Source of the DNA: Paramecium tetraurelia
Taxonomy: Eukaryota
Direction: 5' to 3'
Assembly (NCBI GenBank): GCA_000165425.1
Contig: CT868658.1
Coordinates: forward strand, 62,001 to 126,000
DNA length: 64,000 nt
Position numbers and translations under genes: made by a program. The notes under the pieces were generated by a model that was given only the letters and a program-made list of their open reading frames with translations, did no database searches and was not told the DNA's origin. Below are positions 12,458 through 27,953 of the stretch, piece by piece. The first letter of the stretch is position 1. Each line of letters starts with the position of its first letter.

Positions 12458-15400
12458 ATGCTTGATAATTATATTGAAATCCTCTAACAATACAAGAATC
12501 CCAAATTGCAATACTTGTTCAGTTCCCTACCCCTACCAAATTAGTGGCAGCTGTTCTAAACTGCAAATAAGATCGATGTCCTCAACAGCCAAACTGACTA
12601 TTTGATTGATTTGTATCACTATAGAGAAATCCCAAAGTTGTTACTCAAGGATCAAATCGAACGTCTTCCTGAAGAATTTCAACATGATCTGAATCAAGAA
12701 GAGTTTATTTTGATGTTGGCCAGAGTTCTAGAATTTCCGCCATCCCATTTGCCATTTTTAATTAATGGAACTAGAATATTATATGACCAAATTTGTTGGC
12801 TGAACTAGATTCACAAGGTGATCTTATCACTTATATTAGGTCAACTTTTCAACTTTCCTAAGCTTTTACATCATCTGTGAATCGGAAGCCAAAGACATGC
12901 CAGAATCATTCTTACCATACACTAATGATCAACGAGCATTCTTGAAACACTTCTAAGAATTCGAAAAGGATGATTTTGGATTTAGATTCTCTAAGAATTA
13001 GGACATCACTCACCATTAAAATCCCATAAAGAAAGTTTTCTATTGTCAAGATTCAATTTTTAGTTTAGATTAGATGAGTGATAATATTTAGATCTTTGAC
13101 TCAGAAACAATCGAATTAAAAAAGACTATATCATGCACATCAACTAAACACAAGACCAACTTCTTGGGATCCCTTTCCAAGACCATCTCCTAAAAGACCA
13201 TCAATATCTTGGATATCTTCTTCGCGGATTCCCCAAAGATACTTGGCGCATGTTGTTAAGATAAAACGATCTCCTTCTGGACATTGACTAACAAATTCTA
13301 ATAGGAATACTCATTTTCCACTGAAAAGTATGGACTCTAAGTTTAAATCGCGTAAGAACAAGTATCCTATTTGTAGTTATCTGGAATCGATCAAGGCATG
13401 GATAACTATCAATCGAGAAAATTAAATATATTAATGGTCATTCACATAATTAATAGAATCAAATGACAGTAAAGCTATTTCCTTTGCCAACTCTTCAGTC
13501 GGCACTGCAGTCTTGCTACCTTACAAGGGAGCACAAATAAATTACATCAAGGAGATCTCCTTATTGAATCAGCTGTTTATCTGTACAACCGAGGAGATCC
13601 AAAAGAAGAGTGACAATACTGATAAGATCTTCAAGACCATCGAGAAACGCATTCATGTTTGGAATCCCATAAAATGGCATGCCTTCTCAGACATCAAATT
13701 ACCCAATAAGGGTTCTTCAGTTCATACCATAACCTATTCTCCAAAATTGGATGTACTATTTACTGTGGGATTCAATGATGATGTGTTGCTGTGGAAATTC
13801 GATGAGGGAAATGAGAATTATAATCAGTTTCATAAGTTAACCATTCGGGAACAGATTGAAAATCAAAGAATCGAGAATAACACTGTTTCAGCCATTGAAG
13901 CTTTTGATGAATACGGCATGTTGATAAGTTTGGACAACAAGGGAATTATGAGATGCTGGGATATTGAATCATGGGAAATCATTTACAGATTCAACCTTGA
14001 ATGTGAAATTATCAACACGATAAGCTAGATCTTGAAACTAAATTAAGGGAAGTTTATTGTCACCACTCAAAGACTCAAGGTGTTGTAATTTCCACGTAGT
14101 CAACCAAGAAAAGTCAAAGTGAGATTCAAACCAAGATTAATGCAATGCTTCAGTCAGAGAGTGTATGTCAGTTCCAACAATTAACTGATAGGATTCAATT
14201 GGAACAATGCTTACATCGAGGAGAAAGTTGAGATGGCCAACGAATAAGAGAAGGTCGATTCTGGAATTGAAATTCTGTTCTTCTTCACTCATTGGGATGT
14301 GACCATTATCATCACTAATGATGCCATCTTGCACATCATCAAGGACAGATTCAGGAATAATCAGAAGGGAAAGAAAGATTTCCTTGAATATCCCTTATTT
14401 GAAAACAAATAAATCGAAGGCTGTCAATTCCATTACTTATATTCCCAACTCACTTGTTGGAACAAAAGCATATTAAGGATATTCCAAAGTCAATACATTT
14501 CTAAATAATTGCATTTTACTAAGATTCGAGAAATGGATGCTCGAGGTCACATCTAAAAAGTGGTCAATTGTTGTGAAAGAGACATCATTGGAGTTCTCAT
14601 GAAAAATAACATTCTCAATTTCATACAGTATAGCACCATGAAGACAACATCATCAGTTACAACAGAGGATGAAATTGCTGACTTCTTTTTGTTTAATGAT
14701 TATAGATGTTTAGCCATTATACATCAAAAAAGAATTGTCTTCTATTCCCATCAAGATTACGCCCTTTTTTAACCCAAATATTTCGTTAGGACAGATTCTA
14801 TCTCTCACATATTGAATCTCAACTACGAGTCCTTAGATAAAATATTGGATATTTATGTCCCCAACCATTTCAAGTACAAGAACATTCAGTTTTTTAAATA
14901 ACAAGAAGCCAATAACCAATTTAAATATAATGAAGATGTCAAGAAGGATTTCTCAGTCCTCTAACAAATTAAGGAATTGAAACAAAAGAATGAAGAGTGC
15001 AATTTCCTAGAAGTCAAGGGCACTGGACTTGTTAAGTTCAAAAGAACTGTTAAAAAGATTCTAGATATGATCAGAAAGAATTCACTAGATGAACTACATC
15101 GAATATCTATCTTGGAAAGATAAAGCATAATCGATTCAAGTAATTAACCAAGCCAAATTTTGGATCTTGACTCCACCTTAATACGAAGAAATGGACAATA
15201 CATATCCAACATTAAAATAGATTATGAACTCCAACCAGTCGATCTTAACCAGTACACCTATAGCAAAGTATACATCTACGAAGATTTCCATTATTAATAC
15301 TTTCTGTGTCAAAACTCCAATCCAATTGTGTTATCTAATATCCAATCCAAAATTGTTGAAAAGTTTCAATAAATCAAGGATCCCTATTTAAATAAAGATG

Positions 15401-17179
15401 ATAATACAAAGATTATTGTTTCATTCAATTCCTCAGATGAAATATTCCTAGATTACAAAGAAGCTGAAGAAGTAATCCTAACCAAAGTAGAAATTGATCA
15501 TAACTCCATCAATCCTTAGATAATTAATTTTTATGATCATTTACTATTAATTACCTTTGGCAAAGAAGATAATGCCTTGAAATTTTGGGATGTCACATGT
15601 CTTAAATCTTTGAAATAGTTGATAGTAGACAAAGAGTATCTCAATCTTAAACCATCCTAAGTCAGTTCCATCTTAAAATTGAAAGAACTTTAAGAATACA
15701 ACTAAACTCATGAGATCAAATCTTAAGAATAGATGGTGTCATAAAAAACTAAGGACTTGCAATCCCTAATTAAGTATAAGACTAAACATTTAGGATCCAC
15801 AAATTTAGGAGATTCTCCTTATCTACAGGCAGAATACATATTACCTTTGGAATTGCGATTAAAATGGAATCTCAAAGATTTTAATTCCTTGTATAGGATA
15901 AATTAAATGAAAGAAACCTTTAATTATATGTTGAAAATGTTGTATAACTATTAAGAAGCTAATAAATACTAAATTTATCAATAACAATTGCAAATTAACA
16001 ATAAAATGATGCTTTAATAGAAAATTAAATCTGGTAGTCAATTAGATTTATATTTTTCTGATGACTTACATGATCATCCCCAATTACCCAAATTATATTT
16101 AACTTAACTACAAATTAAACCAGATCCTCCTCCAAATACACCATTTCCTAAAGTTTCAAAAGTGGACAAGAAGGCTGATATCAATTTCTAAGTTATATCT
16201 TCGATTTTAAGAAAAAGTGATTCTGACTAATAAGATTAAAATAACACTGAAAAAAAATTGAGGATGTCTGTTCATCTATCACCGAAAGGAAAAATCAAAA
16301 AGTTGAATAAAAAAAAAGAGAAAGACAAAGATTCAGGTCGAGAGAATCAAAAGGAGAAAGAAAGAGATTAAAATAAGGAGAAAGAATATTATGATGAAGG
16401 TTTAAAGTAAAAGACAGATGATCAGGTTCAATATGAAAGATTTGATTAATTTATTAAAGGAGCACCCAAAAAAATAGTTTAATTGAATAAGCAATTAAAT
16501 GAATTATATTATCCACCTTTTGAGAAGGAACAAAAACTACTAGAAATAGAAAAGAGAAAGTAAAGACAGAAACCAGATCTGTAAGTTACTACCAATAAAA
16601 AGACAGGAATCTAATTAATTAAATTTAGTCACAGAGCCACTGATGAAGAAAAGAGAAGTATTAGTTTATAATTAATTAGAATTTTTAATGAATTACAGTT
16701 TTGAAGAAGTAGCCATAAAGCAGAGTCAAAGTTTGAGAGAAATATCAGCAAAACATGTTGACAAATCACTAACTCCCTTTAAAGATTATTTAAAAGAAAC
16801 CAGAAGCATTAAATTAAATAACCCAATCAAAGCTAAAGTAAAATTATGTAATTCATATCTATTACCTTCTAGCTCTGCTGAAGTAAAACGATAACGTATC
16901 TGATATCTTAGATACTAATTAAACCATGGAGGATTAAGTAAAGGAGGAAATGGTAGGTCTCAAATTGATAAAGAGAAATCATCGAGCAAAGATCAAGGAT
17001 GAATTAAGTAGATTTTTAACTTAATATTTTTAGAATATATATTGGATGCTGACTTAAAGAAGTTTTCATCTTAAGATAGTTTTGCAGAAGCCATAAATGA
17101 CTCCCAGAGGAATCGATCCTTAACACCCTTAAAAGAATATTTAATTTCCAAATCAAAATCAAAAAAGCAACTCTATTGA
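12458..17179 (+). CDS. WD40-repeat protein with N-terminal EF-hand-like region (WDR49/WDY-like architecture)
   Basis: N-terminal LNQEEFILMLARVL helix-loop region, WD repeats (LFTVGFNDDVLLWKF, LISLDNKGIMRCWDI, TIGFNWNNAYIE, ALKFWDV), low-complexity K/E/Q C-terminus, several tiny introns. Confidence 0.75.
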
Positions 17180-17282
17180 TTACTTTATTAATTTATTAGT
17201 TTGATTTAATTTTATAATTTTAGAAAAGATATCGACTCATAAATGAATTTTTGTTAAAATTTAAATAGTTTCAAAATAAATA

Positions 17283-17948
17283 TCAGCAACATGAAGACTT
17301 CTTTAATTAATCCTACTTAATCTCCAAAACAGGTTGCTCTTAATTCAATTTTTCATTTATTTTTTGTAAGCAAATTTTGCCCAAACATTCAGCTGCTTCT
17401 AAACAATTAGTATTCCTTTTTGCTGAAGTTTCTATATAATGCATGCCTAAGCTTTGTGCAAAGGAAAAGGCTACATCATATGAGATTTGCCTTTGTTATT
17501 CTAAGTCACATTTACACCCAATCAAAAGAAATTAAATATCTTGATTCATATTTTTAATCTCTTCCTAGGTTTCTTGAAATTAGAAAAATAAATACTTTAA
17601 TACCACAATTACATTTCAGTAAATGATTATTCATTAGAAATGTCAAAAACTAAAAAGATGCCATTGGCACCCCTATAATATGACTTAGAAATAGCTGTTC
17701 TAAAGCGTTCTTATCCTGCAGTGTCCCAAATTTATAATTTAACTGGTTAATTATTAATAAACAGTCTCTTGATTGCGAAATCACATCCTATGGTAGCAAT
17801 GTAATTTTCACTAAATTAATCACGAGTCATTCGAGTTAAAAGGGATGTCTAATATATTATTTTGAAATACTTTTCCTGCTCCTGATGCCCCAAGAGTAAT
17901 CACTTTAATTAGTTGGTCTTTTTTTTCATCATTATTATTGTAAGACAT
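17283..17948 (-). CDS. Rab-family small GTPase (Rab1/Rab8-like, divergent)
   Basis: GASGAGKT P-loop (split by an intron), IATIGCDF, LQIWDTAGQERFR, YYRGANG, ETSAK and C-terminal SSCC prenylation motif. Confidence 0.93.
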
Positions 17949-18198
17949 TGAAGAATTATGTATATTTTTAATATATCTAATTTATTTTTGATTATATCCC
18001 TTTGAAACAAGCAGAATAGGTTTTCATCAGAATTGAGTGATTTAAATAGCATGAACATAATTATTAATTTAATTATGTAATCCCTCATAATGTCAGAAAA
18101 TACTCAATATTTAATTCTGATGAAATACCATCAATTTCAAGATTAAATGTATTTTAAAAATGATAATTATAAATTAATATTATTATTTTTACAATTCT

Positions 18199-21100
18199 TC
18201 ACAAATCCTCCAGAATTTCAAATGGAGCTCCTACTTTAGAGACTCTGCCATTTTCAATTTTCACTATTTTATCATAATCCTTAATGGTTTGAGTTTTGTG
18301 TGCAATAGTGATTACAGTTTTATTCCTTAACTTTTCTAATAGGATTTCCTTGATCAACAAATCAGTTTCAGAATCTAGATTCGATGTGGCTTCATCCATA
18401 ATGATTATTGGCCTATCTTGAAGTAACACTCTACTTAAGGAAACCAATTGTTTTTGACCCTAGGATAATTCTCCAAATTGAGAATTCAATCCGTTTGGTA
18501 AACTTTAAACATAATCATACAGTCTAACATCTCTTAATATATTCAATATATCCTGCTCACTGTGTTGGTTAAATATGTCAACATTAAATCGAAAAGTATC
18601 ATTAAATATAATTGGTTGTTATGGTATTATGCTTATATTCCTCCTTAAAACTGAAGGACATAAGTCTCTGATTTCATAACCATCGATTTCAAATTTCTCT
18701 GCTTTCTCTATATCATATAATCTAAAGATTATCGAAATTATCGAGGATTTGCCTGCTCCAGTACGACCTATGATTCCTACTTTCTCACCTTATTTAATAT
18801 TTAATGTCAGTCCACTCAAAGCATAATCCTAGTTATATTTTAAATAAACATTTGAAAAATTCAAATTTCCATTCAAATTCACAACTTACTTCTCACTTAT
18901 TTTACTATCTTCTTAATCTATACCTATTAAATCTTGCATTCTATCTACACAGTTAATTTAAGTTACAAATGATAAAGATTGTCTTAAGAACCATTATTAG
19001 TTTTCATTAAAAATCATAAGCAATAATAGTGCTTGTGTAAATGTCTCATTTTTATTAAAAAGGAAAATCATTACTATTCCACATTATTAAACCATCAAAC
19101 CCAAAAAGTCTATGCTAATTCCAAATAATCGTTATGAGTAATAATAAGTTGTATTAGAAAGAATAGCATTATTTGTGGCATTATTGAATTACTTCAAAAA
19201 GTATCCTTATTACTCAAAAACACTTATTGTTCTTAAACCTGCAATTGTTTTTTTAAAAAGATCTAATAAGGGACCTTTGGTTTACTAATCTAATTCCTAA
19301 GATTTTATAATTAAATTCCTATAATTCCCAAGTATGTATTAATTTAGAAGGATTGTTACAATCATGATGTAAATGAAGTGAATTTACAAGATCACTAAAC
19401 TGAATAAGGAAACTAAGAAATATGATCCAAGTTCCCAAAAATCATATAATGTTACTGGAATCATGTTGTCAGCCAAACTTAAATCTGTACTGAATTTCGT
19501 TAATACTGTACTACCAGCTGTTTAATCGAAATATGCCATTTTTCCTTATGATATCGATCTGATCATGTTGTTATGGATATGAGAATTAGCTGATAAGCAT
19601 CCATAAGAGTTTAATATGTACTTTACATAATTATTTACAAAAGCCAATATGCAAATCATTATGATATACTTTATCTATTGATCCTAATTTTCAGCTTTCA
19701 ATAATGAAATTCCATTATAGTAACAATTATACAAGGTTTCTGATAAAAAGTTCATTAATACAACTAAAACTAATAATATCATGCTCAATATCTTATTTTT
19801 GGTCCAATTCGCAAAATAATAATAAAATTTATTGTTCTTTTTAATCTACACCTAATTTTTAACTACTTAATTTTTATCTACGGTTTACTATTGCTCAACA
19901 GATTCATTTTTTCTCTATAAATTAATTAATTTAAAATCGTTAAAGTTGTCATTCAATTATTCTACAAGTAAACCGTCTTATAGAAGATAAAACTTTTAAA
20001 ACTAATTAATTATGGCTTGTGAATGCGATGTCAAAACTACAGCAGGATATTTATTAGTCTAAGCAAAATGATAACTTTATAAAAACTCTATTAAATTTTT
20101 ATATATCTATATTTAAATTGGTGCATCTAATGAACTAAATGGATCATCCAATATCAATATATCTGATAAAGAATATAATGCTCTAGCTAATGCTATCCTT
20201 GTTTTTTAACCACCAGATATAGTAGTGACTCTGTCATTAATAATAGTTTGGTCTTTCTACTACATTTTTTATATGTCTTCTTTCAAGCAAGTGACCTCAA
20301 TCACTTTTTAGTATAATTCTTCGATGTATAATTTCCCAAAAGTGATATTATTTTAAATGGTATCCTCAAACAAAATGGGATCTTATTCCACATATGATTT
20401 AGTTAAGTGTTCTTTCTATGACATATATCCACCCAAAGTCAAGGGACCGTCATCTATCAAAGACAACAAAAAGGAGGTCTTTCCACTGCCAATTTTACCT
20501 GTTATCAAGATAATGTCTTTAGGATTTATCTGAATTGATATTGATTTCAAAAGTCTTTCCTCTTATTTCCAACCAATGCTAAACTCGTTGACTTTTATAA
20601 GTTCAGGACTTTGATGCACTTGAATTTATTTACTTTTTATCTTTAGATTATTAAAAATATCAATGTATCTTTGGAATATCATTTTTATATTTAAATAACT
20701 CTAAATTCCATAAGATACTTGTTAAACACAACTAACCTTAAAATATTACAATTATTGAATTGTAGCTATCAAAGAAGCACTATCTAGTTCATAATTGAAT
20801 ACATAGAGAATTACTATAAAAAACATTGATGCCCATATTTGAGCAAAAAAATTCAAACTTCGATCAATAAGTTGTATCATTTAAGATTTTAATAAATATT
20901 TCTACTCTCTTTTTCTCACTTCTTGAATTTTTTAATTTAATCTATCTTCTACATTATACATTTTAATGACTTTTATGTTGTCAATAAATTCAGATTATAA
21001 CTTAATTCTTTTATCCTGTTCTTACTTGTATAGTTTGGTATACTAAATTGATTGCTTCTAAACAAATATCTATAATGGATAGATGAGCATAATGATAAAT

Positions 21101-21729
21101 AATGGAATTAGACCTATCAATCCATCAAATCTAATGTAAAGTATTATAGATCCAAAGATAAGTGAAATAGGCATAACAAAGATTTAAAATATCAGCATAA
21201 AATAGTATTCAAGCATGCTAATATCAGCTGTAGCAAGTCCAATCAATTTTCCTGTATCAATAGCTTGAGTTTGTACTTTCAGTAGCTTTTAATATAGCAT
21301 ATTCAACAACGTAAATCTGGATTTTGCTGAAAATTCCATACTTTTAGTTATTGCTTGATGTCGACTTACATTAGCAATACAACTTACTAATATCAACAAG
21401 GCTCCAATATATATGGAATTTGGTGATTAATTTAAAATATTAGATATAAGCAAACTCATAATTATTGAAACAGCATTTTTACTAATGCTTTCCAATATAT
21501 AAAAAATAAAAACAATCATCGTTTAATATTTGAATTACTAGAAGAAAATGAATTTTGTTATGGATAACAAAGTATTAAATTCTATTTTTGTTAAATCTAG
21601 GTTTTAATCCGTAATTTTTAAATGCTCCTAAATTGGAGGAAGCCTTTAAATTTTCAGACTTTTATCTTAATTTAATATCTCCTTGATCTATTTAAATCGT
21701 TTGAATAGCGAAACAAAGAGTAAATCCAT
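18199..21729 (-). CDS. ABC transporter, ABCC/MRP family (TMD-NBD-TMD-NBD, no TMD0)
   Basis: NBD1 GKIGSGKTS, ISGGQKTRIALARALY, DDPFSSLD; NBD2 GRTGAGKSS, LSQGQKQLVSLSR, IIMDEATSNLD, TIAHK; two hydrophobic blocks; 3531 nt, divisible by 3. Confidence 0.92.
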
Positions 21730-22232
21730 TTTATTGTAAAATTTTATAAAAGAAATAATTTAAAAAAATTATGATTGTGTTGTGATTAATTCAAAGATCG
21801 TATTATTTATGTATTTCTATACTTTTTCTTAAATCTTGTAATAATAATAATTATTGATCATTCAATTTCATACCCTATTTACAGTTTATTGATAAAATCA
21901 GAAGTTGTAAGGGAAATTTTGTAAAGTTTAATAGCATAATTGTGATTATGATAATCTCTTAATTTGAATTAGGTGTATCTGAATATTAAAATAACTTATT
22001 ATTTATTTATCTTTTGTTTAAGATGTTATTTTAATTGAATAGCTTCTAATTATAACATTCTTATACTAGATAATATCGCCCCATATAAAACAATTCTAGA
22101 ATATAATCAAGAATAAAGGTTTTTCATTTTATTTATTTAAAAACAATCATATGAATTTAATTAATAATGAGTATATTATAAATAAATTTAATGATAAAAT
22201 TTAATAATAGTGACATTCTAATTAGTAATTAA

Positions 22233-23382
<1,150 letters not shown>

Positions 23383-24243
23383 TATTATATTAACGATTAG
23401 AACACACAACTAAAAAAATATTAGAATTCAACTCTGTATTAGATATCTATGCTTCTTTTTGTTATCATTCACATGCTGAATTCAAAAGAACACCATCAAC
23501 CAATTAATATTAGCATAAATTAAGTTTTGAGGTAGGAGAGCTTAGATATTGAATAATTGAAATTGAGAAATATAACGAGAAAATTAAGAGAGCCTATTTA
23601 ATAATAGCGAAAAAGTAAACAATTAATTTAGTTTAGCAATTAAATAATAGATCTTTCAGACAAGGTAAATAGTTGATTTAGTAACAATCTATATAATTCA
23701 AATTCGTTATCATCGCTTCTGTTGGAGAACTGACGAATAATTTTGGAGTTATGAAAGTGAGATGTCTAACAAGCTCTTTAATTAAAGACAAAAACATGAT
23801 TTCAAGATTATCAACCTATCTTCAGATATTTAATATGATGATGAATATTATATAGACAACAATCGCATTGGAGATCAATTACAGAATAATTCAACATGAT
23901 TCTTAATCATATCCTAAATGCACATTCAAATAAGAAAATAAATTTTCACTTTTCAAATAAGTAGAATTTAGTTGCTACTAAATTTTTACTTTGGTTTATG
24001 TTGACCTGATCCTATTATATTTATAGTTAACTTATCATATTTTTATCTCAATTATAATTTCTTTAGATAACGGGATTCCTTTTGTATTATTTTGTTTTTG
24101 GAACATTATTGTAATTCACTTGATAATTTCAATTTCTATATAATTATTCAACGTTATTATACTAAAGGGATTATACAATAAATCTTATTTTAGTCGTAAC
24201 ACTTACTAAGTATTAAAATGTATTATACTAAAATTAATATATA

Positions 24244-26028
24244 ATGATAAAAGTGGTCTAATCTGCAAGACTTCCTTCATCTCCAGTTCTCCATAGAAAG
24301 AAGCCTACCGAACTTTAAAACCCCTTGGAGAATCTGGTTAGAGTGTAATCACCTTGCGGAAGTACAACAAATAATGCATTTGGAAGATTTCCTACAGTGA
24401 AGACCTTGAATAGTGATAGAGATCCAATTGAGCTTACTATAACGTTGATGTTGGAGAGTTAGAAGTAAAAGAAGTGAATGAAAATAGATTGATTGTACCA
24501 ATTGGAATACATCAAAGCACCACAGACCTTTATAAGAAATTAATAGGGAAAGTTAATTAAGTAAATCCCTCAATTGTGCATTAAATTAAACACTTTCAAA
24601 CACATAGTAGCGTTAAGAATTATAATATTGATTACTATTTATCTATTGAACATCAACCATTAGAAGTATTTATTGAATAGAGACATTTGAAATTGGAACC
24701 TTTTATTTCAAGAAGTGTTAATCGCTAATTGAGTATTAATGATTTCGAGATTCTAAAATGCATAGGAGTTGGGTATTGATTCATATTTATATAAATTAGA
24801 GGTTTTTCAAGAGTATATTTAGTTAGAAAGAAAGATAGCGGATATTTTTATGCTATGAAACTGATAGATAAGAATTTCATTCTGAAATCAAATAAAGAGA
24901 TAATTATTAACAATGAGAGATAGGTGATGGAATAATTGAATTCCCCATATTTGGCAAAATTATTCTACTCTTTTGAAACCAAATATTATTTAGTTTTTGT
25001 CATGGAGTATATTGCTTAAGCTATAATATAGACACTGCGCAGGAGGTGAATTATTTTATCATTTGAGAAAACTAAGAAGACTAAATGAGGAATAAGCAAA
25101 AAAATATTTTGTATAGGTTTGTTTAGCAATAGAAGAATTACATAAATATGGAGTGGTTTATAGAGACATTAAACCCGAAAATATCCTCTTAGATTTAGAT
25201 GGATATATTCGTTTATCTGATTTCGGATTATCTAAACCAAATATGGACAGAGAAGAGACAGCATACTCTTTTTGTGGTTCTCCAGAATACATGTCCCCTG
25301 AGATGCTAATGAGAAATGGCCATAGCTTTATGGTAGACATTTACTGTTTAGGAGCTTTGCTATATGAATTTATTTATGGATCTCCTCCTTTTTACAGCAG
25401 GAACATTGAATAAATTTATAATAGCATATTAAATGATAAAATATCATTTCCTCCTTTTGTTAAAATTGATTCAAATCTTAAAGATTTGATTTCAAAGTTA
25501 TTAATAAAAGATCCATAGATGCGCCTAGGGTCTAAAAATGGCATCAAGGAAATCCTACAACATAAGTGGTTCAAAGGATTTGATATTGAAGCCTTGGTTA
25601 AAAGAAAACTAAATATTAGTTATCGTCCAAAGCCATTAAGTTATAATTTTGATGAAGTTGAATTCGGTAAGGGTGACATTGAATTCTAAAAAAGATTATA
25701 TGAAAATTTGAAGAAGGAAAAAGATGTAAATATAAATTAAACTTAGTCTAAATATTCTCATTATTTTCCAAATTTTGAATACATAAATCAGAAAATGCAA
25801 GATACTAGACAAGCGATATTAAACCTTATGTTGTCATAGAAGCAAGTATAAGGTTAGTAGGGATTGGCAAAACCATAACAAAACACTTAAGTTTCCTTAT
25901 CTCCAGTTTAAATGGTCAAAGGATTATCAAATATTAAAGCATTGACTTTAAGTTCTTTTAAGTAGTTATCATAATAAAAACGATTTAATACTGAAGTTGA
26001 TATGAGTAAGCTAATTAAGAAAATGTGA
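24244..26028 (+). CDS. AGC-group Ser/Thr kinase (PKB/SGK/RSK-like)
   Basis: [63 protein letters not shown] tail NFDEVEF...YFPNFEY; tiny introns. Confidence 0.93.
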
Positions 26029-26167
26029 AAACAGTTTTTATTTATTGTTTTGGAAGCATATATTTTAAGATTATCATTCGAATATTTATGTAGAATATTT
26101 TATATTTATTGTTCAATAAATTCGATAAATACTCTTTTATAAATTAATATTTTAATTATTTAATTGA

Positions 26168-27784
26168 ATGGAATAAATTGAATAATTTTTAGCAAGCTAG
26201 AAATGCCAGAGACATCAAAAACAATTGAGCAAAATATTTTGTGAAAATTCAGAAGAAATAAAATTATAATAGTGCATTCTATGTGTTGATTGTGAAAAAG
26301 AAGTTCCTAATTCGTTAACAATTGGTTTACCTGAGTTTATAAGAGTGTGTAACAAAAATAACTAAAATTTCGTACCTATTGAAGTTTGTTTCAGAAGATT
26401 TGAAAATATTTTTAAATTATTGAGAGATATCTAATAAAAGGTTAGAAGTTAGATAGATGATGTTGAAAAATGTATAGAATAAGAAAAAAATGCCCTATCT
26501 TAAAAGACTATTGAAAATCAAATTAAACAAATCGTAAGGGATGAAAACCCTTAGAGCTAAATCATTAGAAATGAAATTAATAAAATAAATATAAATTTTA
26601 CAACGAAAATTATTTAGAAATTAGACAGTTTAAAGAATTTTGAAGAATAAAAAAAATGCAGAGAAGAAATTGAAGAATTGAAAAGAGAATTTAATTTATA
26701 ATAACAAATTCCACAATAATAATAATAATAATAATCAAAATTGTAATAATAATTGTAATAATAATAACAATAATAACAATAATAACAATTGCAATAATAA
26801 CAAATTCCATAATAAAGATAAGGTTTCATACACTTAGATAATAGTAATTAGTAATCAGAAACATGCTATTCAATTTCATTTAATCATAGTAATTCACTTA
26901 TGATTTCTGGATGTAATAATTTTATTAAATTGTGGGAATTTAAAGCAGGATAATTAAATCTGATCAAACATTTAGAAGGACATCAAGAAATTGTCACTAA
27001 TTTGTTATTCAGTAGCATTTCGAATAATTTTGTTTCTGGTTCAATAGATGGTCATTTGATATGTTGGTCTTATCTTTAGCAAAGCTAAATTAAAAAGTCA
27101 TAAACATACGAATTCCACGAAAAAGGAATAAGCTGCATGATTTTGAATAAGAAAGAAAATTTATTATTTACAAGTGATATGGATAAATAAATCATCATTT
27201 GGGATGCAGATTTGAGTAGCAATTTATTATCTATTCATCAAGTATTAGATAATCATACTAAGTAAGTGAATGGACTCAGTCTAAATGAAACTGAAAATAT
27301 TTTGGTTTCTTGTGGTTTAGATAAATAAATTATAGTATGGTAAAAAGTATCAGATCAATGGATATTTAAAAAAAATGTTAATTAATAAAGTTATGATTTT
27401 GGAACCAGAATTAAATTTATCAATAATGATCGATTTTTATGGGTTTCAGGATCTATGAATGGATAAGATTATTTATTCGATTATTAATTTAATATTTAGA
27501 ATGATTATATCCAGAAAAGGAATAAGTCATTCTTATCAGAAAAAGATTCAAAGGATAGCCTTTTCTTCCCTATTTTCTTTAATAAAGAAAAAAATATTGT
27601 TATAGTAAAACACAAACTTTACATTTATCTTTATAAAAAAGATGATCAAGGGTTATTGAATTCACTGCATTTAAAGAAACTAATTACTAATGACACATAT
27701 GGGGCAATAACAAGTGATGGCTAATTTTTAGTTTCTTGGGATTAATCAAACTAAAGATATGAAGTTTGTAAAATCATAATTTGA
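26168..27784 (+). CDS. WD40-repeat protein with N-terminal Cys/His motif, coiled coil and polyQ linker (copy A, 538 aa)
   Basis: Intronless 1617-nt frame: CQRH...CILCVDC N-terminus, Q tract, WD repeats (LEGHQEIVTNLLFS...FVSGSIDGHLICW, LDNHTKQVNGLSLN...LVSCGLDKQIIVW). Confidence 0.9.
26699..26821 (+). repeat. TAA/CAA-rich trinucleotide tract encoding a 41-aa polyQ linker
   Basis: (TAA)n/(CAA) run in frame within WD40 copy A. Confidence 0.85.
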
Positions 27785-27953
27785 ATTATTAATATGTTAT
27801 CGAATAAAATTAATTATAATTCTTTCTAAATATTTAGTTGTCATTTATAGATCTTTATTCTTACAAACAACTGCAATTAATTATTGAAAATAAATAAGTT
27901 GAATTTATTCTTGCTCATGATTTAAAGAAATTTGAAATTTACATACATATAAA

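Noticed and set aside
23449..23900. Possible small + strand gene
   Set aside because: I could not join the protein-like fragments into one frame with a credible intron, so it is mentioned only as a possible relic.
26614..26829. Tyr/Cys-rich ORF on the - strand (also the poly-Leu ORF at 62221-62442)
   Set aside because: Antisense reading of TAA/TAG/CAA polyQ tracts.
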